From Candidatus Dormiibacterota bacterium (GTDB lineage: Bacteria; Chloroflexota; Dormibacteria; Aeolococcales; Aeolococcaceae), in contig PMOL01000017.1 in assembly GCA_003162415.1 (NCBI GenBank), positions 34,532 to 98,531 of the forward strand: a stretch of 64,000 nt of DNA, written 5' to 3'. The notes under the pieces were generated by a model. It saw nothing but the letters and a program-made list of their open reading frames with translations, was not told where the DNA came from and ran no database searches. Shown here piece by piece: positions 18,864 to 27,291 of the stretch. Made by a program: the position numbers and the translations under genes. Position 1 is the first letter of the stretch. Every line of letters begins with the position of its first letter.

Positions 18864-20243
18864 ATGTCTTCGCATCGTGAAGCGCCGGGAATCTCGAAAG
18901 ACCCGGTTGCTGACAGTACTGACCTTTACGCGTTCACCAGCCCAGATAGTCCCGGCACGGTGACGCTGATCGCCAACTACATCCCACTTGAGGGACCGGA
19001 CGGCGGACCGAACTTCTACAACTTCGGCGACGACGTCCTGTACGAGATCACCGTCACCAACGGCGGCACCGTGGCGGACGCGATCACCTACCAGTTCCAG
19101 TTCACCACCGAATACACCGACCCGAACACCTTCCTGTACAACACGGGTCCGATCACCAGCCTGACCAGCTCGAGCTGGAACGTCCGCCAGTTCTACTCGG
19201 TGACCCGGATCAAGCAGGGCAATGCGGAAGTGCTCGCCAGCAGGCTCGCGTGCCCGCCTGTCAACGTCGGCGTGCGCTCCACACCGAACTACAGTGCACT
19301 GGCGCAGGCGGCGGTTCACTCGCTCGACGGCGGGTGGGTCTTCGCAGGCCAGCGGCGCGAGGGCTTCTACGTCGACCTGGGGTCGATCTTCGACCTTGGC
19401 GTGCTGCGTCCCTTCCAGAACGCCCATCTCATCCCACTGCCCGCGGTCGGTGGCGTCGATTCGACCAAGCAACTCAACGTTCACACGATCGCAATCCAGA
19501 TCCCCAAGACCCATCTCACCAGGAACGGCGCGATGCCGACCGACCCGACGAGTGCCGACTCGGTCATCGGCGTCTACACGACGGCCAGCCGGCGCAAGTC
19601 GACGGTGCTCGAGCACGGTGGTCACACGATGGACGTCGGTCCCTGGGTCCAGGTGTCACGCCTCGGCATGCCCCTGGTGAACGAGGTCGTCATCCCGATC
19701 GGCAAGAAGGACTTCTGGAATTCGACCAAGCCCAAGGACGATGCGCAGTTCGTGGCCAACTACGCTCATCCTGAGCTTGCCGGACTGTTGCCGGTGCTCT
19801 ACCCGGGCGTCTTCCCGCACCTCGCCGCCTACACGCCCGCACGCGTCGACCTCGAGGCGATCCTGCTCACCGGCATCCCGTCGGGGATCATCCCGGGATT
19901 CCAGAACAACACCGGCTCGACGCCGGCCGACCTGTTGCGCCTCAACATGGCGATTCCCCCGGCATCGTCGCCGAGCCTGAACGGCATCCTGGGCGGGGAT
20001 CTCGCCGGGTTCCCGAACGGCCGCCGGGTGTTCGACGATGTGGCCACCATCGAGATCCGCGCCATCGCCGGCGCGACCATCCCGCTGGTTGACCCGAGCT
20101 TCACGCCTGACGGCGCCGCGGGCGCGGTCAGCGACTTCTCGGCCGCTCAGTTCAGCAGAGGGTCGGTGCCCGGCAATGGCCGGTACATCAACCACTTCCC
20201 GTACCTGGGCACGCCGCTCAACGGATTCGACACCCCGAGTTGA
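18864..20243 (+). CDS. DUF4331 domain protein (no own signal peptide)
   Basis: Begins directly with the family hallmark SSHREAPGISKDPVADSTDLYAF. 459 aa. GAGGG lies upstream of the ATG. Confidence 0.85.
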   Translation: MSSHREAPGISKDPVADSTDLYAFTSPDSPGTVTLIANYIPLEGPDGGPNFYNFGDDVLYEITVTNGGTVADAITYQFQFTTEYTDPNTFLYNTGPITSLTSSSWNVRQFYSVTRIKQGNAEVLASRLACPPVNVGVRSTPNYSALAQAAVHSLDGGWVFAGQRREGFYVDLGSIFDLGVLRPFQNAHLIPLPAVGGVDSTKQLNVHTIAIQIPKTHLTRNGAMPTDPTSADSVIGVYTTASRRKSTVLEHGGHTMDVGPWVQVSRLGMPLVNEVVIPIGKKDFWNSTKPKDDAQFVANYAHPELAGLLPVLYPGVFPHLAAYTPARVDLEAILLTGIPSGIIPGFQNNTGSTPADLLRLNMAIPPASSPSLNGILGGDLAGFPNGRRVFDDVATIEIRAIAGATIPLVDPSFTPDGAAGAVSDFSAAQFSRGSVPGNGRYINHFPYLGTPLNGFDTPS

Positions 20244-20554
20244 ACGCGATCGAGTCCGCCGGTCCCGCTCCCAGCGGGCCGGCGGTCCTCGACATCGGTG
20301 GGGGGACTGGGGCGCTACTGGTGATCGTGCCCGCAGCGCTCCTCCGCACCGAGATCGAGGTCAGCCCGGCTGGGCGGCACGACGGCCGAACGCACACCGG
20401 CGTGCACGAGCGCCCGATGTCCGGTAGCCGGCTCCCCGTCGCGCTCTTTCCGTCTCTCGAAACCGGGACATGGACCCTCTGGGGGTATGGTCCGTGCACC
20501 ACTCGAACCGTCGAGATTCTGGACGGCGAGGTCACCCGGTTGGACTGGCGCTGA
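20240..20554 (+). CDS. small hypothetical protein (predicted beta-rich)
   Basis: The TTG start overlaps the DUF4331 stop (TTGA). LDIGGGTGALLVIVP..EIEVSP..GTWTLW pattern. I recognise no family. Confidence 0.5.
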   Translation: MNAIESAGPAPSGPAVLDIGGGTGALLVIVPAALLRTEIEVSPAGRHDGRTHTGVHERPMSGSRLPVALFPSLETGTWTLWGYGPCTTRTVEILDGEVTRLDWR

Positions 20555-20561
20555 CGTTCGC

Positions 20562-20591
20562 TTGACGGTCCCCAGGGTTTGCGTCTACCGT
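20562..20591 (+). promoter_or_regulatory. candidate sigma-70-type promoter of the aminotransferase-ALDH-permease operon
   Basis: TTGACG (20562-20567), an 18-nt spacer, then TACCGT (TAnnnT) at 20586-20591. About 65 nt upstream of the ATG at 20658. Confidence 0.3.
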
Positions 20592-20597
20592 AGCCTG

Positions 20598-20620
20598 ATT
20601 CTACAGGCGTTCAGTAGAAT
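20598..20620. promoter_or_regulatory. AT-rich perfect inverted repeat, candidate operator
   Basis: ATTCTAC-N9-GTAGAAT immediately downstream of the candidate -10. Locally AT-rich within a GC-rich genome. Confidence 0.35.
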
Positions 20621-20657
20621 TTCTGCATCCGCACGAGCTGCTGGAGGGACCTTGTCG

Positions 20658-22028
20658 ATGGGCTTGAGCTTGGGTGACGTCGATTCGGAACGGGTCGCAT
20701 CGCTGACCGCCCGCGAGGAATTCGATTTCCGTTCCCGACGGACGCGTTCGCGCGAGCTGTGGAAGGAGGCAACCGAGTACATCCCGCGCGGGGTGCCCAG
20801 CTCCTTCCAGGACACGCCGCCGCAACCGGTGTTCATCGATCACGGGAAGGGGAGCCGCGTCTGGGACGTCGACGGCAACGAGTACGTCGATTTTCACAAC
20901 GGATTCGGGGTCATGGTGGTGGGCCATGCCCACCCGGCGATCGTCGCGGCGGTCGAATCACAGATCCACCGCGGATCCCACTTCGCGCAGCCGGTGGCCG
21001 AGAACATCGTCGTCGCGCGCGAGCTGGCGCGCAGATTCCAGCAGCCGCAATGGCGCTTCACCAACAGCGGCACCGAGTCCACCCTCGACGCGATCCGTCT
21101 GGCGCGCGGATTCACCGATCGCGAGCGGATCATCAAGATCGAGGCGTCGTACCACGGGCACCACGATGCCCTGCTCGTCTCGGTGGAACCACCCGTTGAT
21201 GCCATGGGTGATGCCGACTTCCCGAATTCGGTGCCGATGACCGGCGGCATCCCCAAGTCCACCGTTGAGCTCACGACCGTGGTGGGATTCAACGACCTGG
21301 CATCGCTGGAGCGTGCCTTCGCTGCACACCCCGGCGAGGTGGCGGCCGTGATCGTCGAGCCGGCGATGATGAACATCGGGTTCGTGCTCCCCGAGGAGGG
21401 CTACCTCGCCGGTCTCGTCGAGACCGCGCATCGCCACGGAGCGGTGGCGATCTTCGACGAGGTCAAGACCGGGGTGACCATCGCGCCTGGCGGCGCCACC
21501 GAGCGGTTCGCGGTCGTTCCTGACATCGTCTGTCTGGCAAAGGCGATCGGCGGGGGGCTCCCCTGCGGCGCGGTCGGCGGACGCGCCGACATCATGGCGA
21601 CGATCAGCGACGGCAAGGTCGCCCAGCTCGGCACCTTCAACGGCAATCCGCTGACCACCGCGGCGTCACGGGCAACCCTGCTCGAGGTGCTCACCGGACA
21701 GGCCTACTCGCACCTCGACGCCCTCACCGAGGAGTTGAGTGGCGGGCTGCGCGATGTGATGTCGGAGTACAGCCTGCCCTTCCACGTCGTCTCGATGGGC
21801 GCGCGCGGCTGCGTCACCTACCGTGAGGAGCCGGTTCGCAACTACCGCGACTACGCGGCGATGGACAAGTCACTCGCGTATGTGTCATGGCTGTACCAGA
21901 CCAACCGCGGCGTCCTGATGGCGCCCGGAGCCGAGGAGAACTGGACTCTGTCGGTGCAGCATTCGTCCGACGACGTGAAGCGCTACGTTGCCAACTTCCG
22001 CGAGCTGGCGCGGGACCTGAAGGCATGA
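20658..22028 (+). CDS. class-III PLP aminotransferase (GSA-aminomutase-like paralogue)
   Basis: The ATG at 20658 follows GGAGGGA. FDEVKTGVTIA and AKAIGGGLPCGAVGG motifs. ATGA coupling to the ALDH gene. Confidence 0.85.
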   Translation: MGLSLGDVDSERVASLTAREEFDFRSRRTRSRELWKEATEYIPRGVPSSFQDTPPQPVFIDHGKGSRVWDVDGNEYVDFHNGFGVMVVGHAHPAIVAAVESQIHRGSHFAQPVAENIVVARELARRFQQPQWRFTNSGTESTLDAIRLARGFTDRERIIKIEASYHGHHDALLVSVEPPVDAMGDADFPNSVPMTGGIPKSTVELTTVVGFNDLASLERAFAAHPGEVAAVIVEPAMMNIGFVLPEEGYLAGLVETAHRHGAVAIFDEVKTGVTIAPGGATERFAVVPDIVCLAKAIGGGLPCGAVGGRADIMATISDGKVAQLGTFNGNPLTTAASRATLLEVLTGQAYSHLDALTEELSGGLRDVMSEYSLPFHVVSMGARGCVTYREEPVRNYRDYAAMDKSLAYVSWLYQTNRGVLMAPGAEENWTLSVQHSSDDVKRYVANFRELARDLKA

Positions 22029-23467
22029 GCACGGTCGCGGTGCGCACCCTGCGCAACTTCGTCGACGGCGACTACCGCGAAGCCAGCTCCGATGTCTCGA
22101 CGCCCCTGATCAATCCCAGCACGGGCGAGGAGTTCGCGCGTGCCCCGGTGTCGAGCCCTGCCGATGTCGACGCCGCACTGCAGGCGGCTCAGCGCGCGTT
22201 CGGTGGCTGGCGCGACACCACGCCGCGAGAGCGCAGCCTAGCGCTGCTCCGCATCGCTGATGCCTTTGAGAAGCGTGCCGAGGAGTTCGTCGCACTCGAG
22301 TCCGAGAACACCGGCAAGCCGATCTCGCTCACCCGGAGCGAGGAGATCCCCCAGCTGATCGACCCGGTGCGGTTCTTCGCGGGCTGCGCGCGAATCCTCG
22401 AGGGCCGGAGCGCCGGCGAGTACATGACCGGACACACTTCCATGGTCCGCCGCGAGCCGGTCGGGGTCTGCGCGCAGGTCACGCCCTGGAACTACCCGAT
22501 GCTCATGGCGATCTGGAAGTGGTCTCCCGCAATCGCGGCGGGCAACACCGTGGTGCTCAAGCCTTCGGATACGACGCCGGTGACGACGCTGCTGATGGCC
22601 GAGATCATGGCGGAGTTCCTTCCGCCCGGCGTGTTCAACGTCATCTGCGGCGATCCCTCGACCGGCGCGGCCCTGGTCACGCACAAGATTCCCGCGATGG
22701 CGTCGATCACCGGGAGCGTCCGCGCCGGCATGGAGGTTGCACGTGCCGCCGCAGGCGACCTCAAGCGGGTGCATCTCGAGCTCGGGGGCAAGGCGCCGGT
22801 CATCGTCTTCGACGACTCGGATATCGCCTCGACGGCCGAGGCGGTTGCCATGGCGGGATACTTCAACGCCGGCCAGGATTGCACCGCCGCAACCCGCGTC
22901 CTCGCGGCATCGTCGATCCACGACGAGCTGGTTGCCGCGCTTGCCGAACAGGCCGCAGCGAACAAGACGGGCGCTCCCGACGACGACGAGGTCGCCTTTG
23001 GTCCGCTCAACAACGCGAAGCAACTCGGCAGGGTTCGCGAGCTCGTCGGCGGCGCCCCGTCGCACGCTGATGTGGTCGCCGGCGGTCATCGTTTCGGCGA
23101 TCGCGGCTATTTCCACGAGGCGACAGTCATCGCGGGCCTGCGCCAGGATGACGACCTCATCCAGCGCGAGATCTTCGGGCCGGTGATCACGGTGCAGCGC
23201 TTCGACGACGAGGCGAAAGCACTCGAATGGGCCAACGGCGTCGAGTACGGGCTCAGCGCCAGCGTCTGGACCAAGGACCACGGTCGGGCGATGCGCATGG
23301 CGCGGGCGCTGGACTTCGGGTGCGTCTGGATCAATACGCACATCCCTTTGATCTCCGAGATGCCGCATGGGGGCTACAAGCATTCGGGGTATGGCAAGGA
23401 TCTGTCGATGTACGGGTTCGAGGACTACACGCGCATCAAGCACGTGATGAGCAATATCGAAGCCTGA
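22025..23467 (+). CDS. NAD(P)-dependent aldehyde dehydrogenase
   Basis: VTPWNYP, ELGGKAP and the catalytic Cys in NAGQDCTA. 480 aa. Confidence 0.9.
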   Translation: MSTVAVRTLRNFVDGDYREASSDVSTPLINPSTGEEFARAPVSSPADVDAALQAAQRAFGGWRDTTPRERSLALLRIADAFEKRAEEFVALESENTGKPISLTRSEEIPQLIDPVRFFAGCARILEGRSAGEYMTGHTSMVRREPVGVCAQVTPWNYPMLMAIWKWSPAIAAGNTVVLKPSDTTPVTTLLMAEIMAEFLPPGVFNVICGDPSTGAALVTHKIPAMASITGSVRAGMEVARAAAGDLKRVHLELGGKAPVIVFDDSDIASTAEAVAMAGYFNAGQDCTAATRVLAASSIHDELVAALAEQAAANKTGAPDDDEVAFGPLNNAKQLGRVRELVGGAPSHADVVAGGHRFGDRGYFHEATVIAGLRQDDDLIQREIFGPVITVQRFDDEAKALEWANGVEYGLSASVWTKDHGRAMRMARALDFGCVWINTHIPLISEMPHGGYKHSGYGKDLSMYGFEDYTRIKHVMSNIEA

Positions 23468-23509
23468 CCACTCAGGCTCGAGTCAGGAGGACACGGTGAG
23501 GAGGAAGAC

Positions 23510-25129
23510 ATGGCGACGCTAGCGGAGCCGATCGTTCACGGGGTCCCGGTCGAATCGGAGCTCAAGACCAACACGCTCACGCTGTTCGACACGACCGTCA
23601 TCGCGACGTCGAGTGTCGCTCCGGCGTACACGTTGGCTGCAACTGCGGCGTTTCTCATCGTTGCGGTCGGTCTCGCATCCCCGTCCGCAATCCTGGTGGG
23701 TTTCCTACCGGTGCTCTGCGTCGCCATCGCGTACTACTACCTCAATCGGCAGGATCCGAACTGCGGCGCGTCGTACTCGTGGGTCAGCCGAACGCTCAAC
23801 CCGTACATCGGCTGGGTTTCGGGGTGGATCCAGCTGGCGGCGAACGTGCTCTTCTGCGCAGCCGCACCACTGATCGCCGGCGCGTACACGCTGCAACTCC
23901 TGAACAGCTTCGGCTGGATCAGCTCAGACGCCGCCAACGACAACCGCCTCATCGCCTTCGTCGGCGTGCTCTGGCTGCTGCTCGTGACCTTCATGGTGGC
24001 ACGTGGCATTCGCGTCACCGCGAACTTCCAGTGGGTCCTCGTGTTCATCGAATACTTGATCGTCCTGGTATTTGCCGTCTGGGCGATCGGCAAAGTCGTC
24101 GGCGGGCACGCTGCCGCGAATCCCGTCTCCGCACAGTGGTTCAATCCTCTCCAGCTGCACGATCTCAACGGTCTCGCGACCGGGTCGGCGCTCGCGGTCT
24201 TCTTCTTCTGGGGTTGGGACACCGCGGCGAACGTCAATGAGGAGTCGAAGGACGCCGAGACATCCCCCGGCCTCGCCGGTATTTACAGCATGTTCATTCT
24301 GCTGTTCATCTTCCTGGTGGCGGACAGCGCGATTCAAGTTCTCCTGACGCTGCCCCAGATCAACGACCCCAACAACCAGAACGACATCCTCTACTTCTTC
24401 GCGCAGCAGATCTCGGGCACGCCGATTGCATACTTCATGGTGCTCGCGGTGCTCTCCTCCACCATCGCCACCACCCAGACAACGCTGCTGCCGTCGAGCC
24501 GGCTCACCTTCTCGATGTCGCGTGACGGTGTCTTCCCCAAGGCGTTCGGGAGGGTCCACAAGAGCTGGAAGACGCCGTGGGTTGGGACGCTCATCTCGTC
24601 CTTTCTCGCCATCGTGGTGATCGTGCTGTCGGTGGTGTTCGCGGACTCAGTCGGTAGCGTGTTCAGCAAGCTCATCCTCGACATCGGGTTGCTCGTCGCC
24701 CTCTATTACGGGATCACCGGGATCGCGTGCGCATGGGCGTTTCGCAAGGTCCTGACGACCAGCGTCACGCGGTTCATCTTTGCAGGCGTGCTCCCGTTTG
24801 TCGGAGGCGTGTACCTCCTCTTGATCGCGTATTGCCTGATCGTTCCGACCACATTGCCGTTCGGCCAGTCTGCCGATTGGGGCACCAGCCTGCCGATCAT
24901 CATCACGGTCCTGCTCGGCATCCCGCTCGTCATCCTTGCGGCGGTGACGACTCGATCCGGATTCTTCCACGAGAAGACCGTTTCATACGTCCTGAAAGAT
25001 GGTCAGCTCGTCGCCGCCCTCGCCGGCGGCGACACGATGGAACTGACCGGGGGACCGAACGGCGGACCGCCGCCGGCAGCACCGCCCGTTGCCGACCCCG
25101 CTGCTCAGAGCCGATCGAGCAACGAGTAG
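23510..25129 (+). CDS. APC-superfamily amino acid/polyamine permease
   Basis: About 12 hydrophobic segments, 539 aa. Strong GAGGAGGAAG SD. Confidence 0.85.
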   Translation: MATLAEPIVHGVPVESELKTNTLTLFDTTVIATSSVAPAYTLAATAAFLIVAVGLASPSAILVGFLPVLCVAIAYYYLNRQDPNCGASYSWVSRTLNPYIGWVSGWIQLAANVLFCAAAPLIAGAYTLQLLNSFGWISSDAANDNRLIAFVGVLWLLLVTFMVARGIRVTANFQWVLVFIEYLIVLVFAVWAIGKVVGGHAAANPVSAQWFNPLQLHDLNGLATGSALAVFFFWGWDTAANVNEESKDAETSPGLAGIYSMFILLFIFLVADSAIQVLLTLPQINDPNNQNDILYFFAQQISGTPIAYFMVLAVLSSTIATTQTTLLPSSRLTFSMSRDGVFPKAFGRVHKSWKTPWVGTLISSFLAIVVIVLSVVFADSVGSVFSKLILDIGLLVALYYGITGIACAWAFRKVLTTSVTRFIFAGVLPFVGGVYLLLIAYCLIVPTTLPFGQSADWGTSLPIIITVLLGIPLVILAAVTTRSGFFHEKTVSYVLKDGQLVAALAGGDTMELTGGPNGGPPPAAPPVADPAAQSRSSNE

Positions 25130-26418
25130 TACGCACCAACGAGTGGGAGAAACCAGGGGTGCCCCCGGTACAACGGAATCCGCGGAAAGCGGAGGTCCGA
25201 AAAAGCCGGCCGGGCACCCCTGGCGATCCACTCGGCGGCGAGGGTTCCCATCCAGCTGCCCAGGGCCACGCCACTGCCGCAGTAGCCCATCGCGTAGGTG
25301 ATGCCGTCCGACCGTGTGAGGTGAGGCAGCTGGTCGAAAGTGAAACCAACATTGCCCGTCCAGGCATGGCTCACTCGCACGCCGGCAAGTTGCGGGTAGA
25401 TCTCGATCATGCCCGCGTACAGACGGTCGCGGGCAGTCTGCACGCTCACCGGCGCGAAGCTCGTCCGGCCGCCGAAGACCAGCCGTCCGTCGGGTGACAG
25501 ACGCCAGTAATGCAGGAAGTTTCGCGTGTCGCTCATCATCCGGCGCTGCGGGCTGATATCAGCCGCGCGTACGTCACCGAGTGGCTCGGTGGCGATGATG
25601 TAGCTGCCGATCGGAATGATCCGGTTTCGGGCCCATGGCGCCGCGGCGTCCGTATAGCCGTTGGTGGCCACGAGAACGTCGCCGGCGGTGATATCGCCTC
25701 GCGATGTGTGGACCCGCGAGCCGGTCTGCAGCGATTCGATCGAAAGCACCCGGGTCTGCTCGTGCAGCGCCGCACCATTGGCGAGCGAGAGGCGTGCGAG
25801 TCCCGCGAGATATCGGGCGGGATGGATGCTCGCCCCATTGTCGGTGAGTATCCCGCCGAAGAAGCCGCGGCACGGCGTCTCGCTTTCGAGGGCATCCTCC
25901 TCGAGCATCACCGTCGATTCGCCGAGCCTCCGGCGCCGCTGGACCTCGTCTTTGCGCAACGCCTTCATCCGCGACCTTCGATGTGCGAGGTGCAGCCAGC
26001 CGGACTGCGCATACATCGCATCGGGCGCCGCAGTTGCTGCGGTCTGAGCGACAAACCTATACGCCTCAACACTGGCGTCATGGAGAGCCCGGCCGGCGTC
26101 ACCGTACTTGCGCTCGAGGGTGTCGAGGTCACGCCGGACCCCCGCGTGGATCATGCCGGCATTACGGCCGCTCGCTCCCTCCCCCAGCGCGCCACTGTCG
26201 ACCACCACCACATGTTTGCCGTACGCGCCGAACCGGGCGGCTGCCGCAAGCCCGGTGAACCCCGAGCCGACGATGACGACATCGGCCGTCGCAGGAAGCG
26301 GCGATTCGCCGAGCGTTGGAAAGGTGGTGTCGTCCCACCAGAGGGGCGTCTCGCGGTAGTCCTCGGCGAGTGGCGCTACGCGCTTGCCGGGCGGACCGGG
26401 GGGCGACCAGAGGCTCAT
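25105..26418 (-). CDS. FAD-dependent oxidoreductase (DAO family, gamma-glutamylputrescine-oxidase-like)
   Basis: Dinucleotide fold DVVIVGSGFTGLAAA and GASGRNAG motif. Converges on the permease with a 25-nt overlap. Confidence 0.85.
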   Translation of the reverse strand: MSLWSPPGPPGKRVAPLAEDYRETPLWWDDTTFPTLGESPLPATADVVIVGSGFTGLAAAARFGAYGKHVVVVDSGALGEGASGRNAGMIHAGVRRDLDTLERKYGDAGRALHDASVEAYRFVAQTAATAAPDAMYAQSGWLHLAHRRSRMKALRKDEVQRRRRLGESTVMLEEDALESETPCRGFFGGILTDNGASIHPARYLAGLARLSLANGAALHEQTRVLSIESLQTGSRVHTSRGDITAGDVLVATNGYTDAAAPWARNRIIPIGSYIIATEPLGDVRAADISPQRRMMSDTRNFLHYWRLSPDGRLVFGGRTSFAPVSVQTARDRLYAGMIEIYPQLAGVRVSHAWTGNVGFTFDQLPHLTRSDGITYAMGYCGSGVALGSWMGTLAAEWIARGARPAFSDLRFPRIPLYRGHPWFLPLVGAYYSLLDRL

Positions 26419-26481
26419 AATCTACTCAACAGTGACAAGTTCGACCTGGTCGGACAGCGTAGCTGCTGCCCGCCCCGGGTC

Positions 26482-27276
26482 GTGTCGAGGAGTGTCCGCG
26501 TGGACGACATCCGCATCGGTGAGGTCGCCCGGCGAGTCGGCGTCAGCCCGTCCACGCTCAGGGCGTGGGAACGCAAGGGGCTGGTGCGCCCGCTGCGCGC
26601 CGGGGGGCGCCATCGTCGTTACACGTCCGAGGACATCGCGCGACTTCGCGACGTGCACGCCCTGCTCACCCGCGGCTTTGCGCCGCCGGCGCTCCAGTCG
26701 CTCATCGCGGGCGAGGCTGTGCCCGAGGACCCCGTCGTGGGCAAACGCCTGCGCGCCGCGCGCACCAAGCGCAGCCTGTCGCTGCGCACCGCCGCGGAGC
26801 GCGCCGGCATTTCGGCGTCGTACCTGAGCCTGGTGGAGCGAGGCCTGGCCGAACCCTCGGTGTCGCTGCTCCAGCGCGTGGCGTCCGCATATGGCGGCAC
26901 CCTGCTCGAATTCTTTGGCGCGGCGCCCGCCGGCGCAGCGGGCCCCAAGCTGGTTCGCAGCGCCGACCGCCGCATGCTGCGTGGCTTCGACCGCGTGGAG
27001 ATCGAAGATCTGGTCACGTTTCCCAACGCGGTGCTGGAGATCGATATTTTCAGCGTTGCTCCGGGTGGTGGCAGCGGCGGGGCGTATTCCCACGATGGCG
27101 AGGAGGCGATCTACGTCCTCAGTGGAGAGCTCGACCTGTGGCTCGACGAGTCCGAGCACTACCACATCGAGGCAGGCGACACGCTGTATTTCCACAGTCC
27201 CCAGCGGCATCGCTGGCTGAATCAATCCAGTGATACGACCCGGCTGTTCTGGGTCAACACCCCACCCACCTTCTGA
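26482..27276 (+). CDS. transcriptional regulator: MerR-type HTH + XRE-type HTH + cupin
   Basis: IRIGEVARRVGVSPSTLRAWERKGLV (MerR-like), LSLRTAAERAGISASYLSLVERG (XRE), HDGEEAIYVLSGEL..GDTLYF (cupin). The start is the GTG at 26482 or 26500. The track ORF from 25510 is antisense to the oxidase. Confidence 0.8.
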   Translation: MSRSVRVDDIRIGEVARRVGVSPSTLRAWERKGLVRPLRAGGRHRRYTSEDIARLRDVHALLTRGFAPPALQSLIAGEAVPEDPVVGKRLRAARTKRSLSLRTAAERAGISASYLSLVERGLAEPSVSLLQRVASAYGGTLLEFFGAAPAGAAGPKLVRSADRRMLRGFDRVEIEDLVTFPNAVLEIDIFSVAPGGGSGGAYSHDGEEAIYVLSGELDLWLDESEHYHIEAGDTLYFHSPQRHRWLNQSSDTTRLFWVNTPPTF

Positions 27277-27291
27277 GAGGAGCGAGCAGCC

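Noticed and set aside
22238-23443. 401-aa minus-strand ORF
   Set aside because: Antisense to the aldehyde dehydrogenase. No recognisable domain.
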